NCBI RefSeq assembly: GCF_040938485.1
Contig: NW_027271881.1
Location: 620,001-684,000, forward strand
From: Diadema antillarum
Taxonomy: Eukaryota
Direction of reading: 5' to 3'
DNA length: 64,000 nt
The stretch's first letter is position 1, and the number at the start of each line of letters is the position of its first letter. Shown in pieces: positions 63,775 to 64,000 of this stretch. The translations under genes and the position numbers were made by a program. The notes below the pieces were generated by a model. The model did no database searches. It saw only the letters and a list, made by a program, of their open reading frames with translations, and had not been told where the DNA came from.

Positions 63775-64000
63775 AGGACAAGTTCACCTTCATAAACATA
63801 AGGATTGAGAGAATGCAACAATATTAGTAGAACACATCAGTGAAAGTTTGAGGAAAATTGGACAATCGATGCAAAAGTTATGAATTTTTAAAATTTTTGT
63901 GTTGGAACCGCTGGATGAGGAGACTACTACAACTTGTGAGTCATATGCGTACAACAGTATAAAGAAAATGTAAAAGAAAATTCAACATATTTTCATTTTT
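63775..64000 (+). mobile_element. Kolobok-like element, second copy, truncated by window end
   Basis: TTAA at 63771-74, then sequence matching 46635 onward with only about 5-6 differences in ~225 nt. Confidence 0.92.

Noticed and set aside
1-64000. tRNA genes, tRNA-derived SINEs, rRNA, snRNA, known miRNAs and telomeric arrays
   Set aside because: By eye I found no paired Pol III A/B boxes with a cloverleaf, no recalled conserved miRNA mature sequence and no (TTAGGG)n. An Infernal/tRNAscan run would be needed to exclude them formally.

Overview
AT-rich, non-coding eukaryotic genomic DNA from a gapped assembly (four N-runs of 133-175 nt). The repeat families and the excess of TAGGCCTA palindromes resemble echinoderm (probably sea-urchin) DNA; this is from recall, not a search. 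I can support no intact protein-coding gene, tRNA, rRNA or CRISPR array, and most ORFs in the supplied track look spurious (microsatellite-, gap- or repeat-derived). The window is dominated by about 20 non-autonomous DNA transposons or fragments: three Helentron-type HINEs, TTAA-flanked Kolobok-like elements (one nested in another MITE), Harbinger-like, CACTG/EnSpm-like and Tc1/pogo-like MITEs, and a 1.9-kb ISL2EU-like element. The largest HINE carries a 3-kb tandem array of ~325-bp units in an alternating A/B pattern. The ISL2EU-like element keeps convergent remnants of a THAP-type ORF start and a possible second-ORF first exon. CpG density changes sharply at ~3.3 kb, and RFX X-box-like, CRE and CLEAR/USF palindromes recur across the window. 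I did not find a clearly new biological system; the best leads are in transposon and satellite evolution and in possible cis-regulation.
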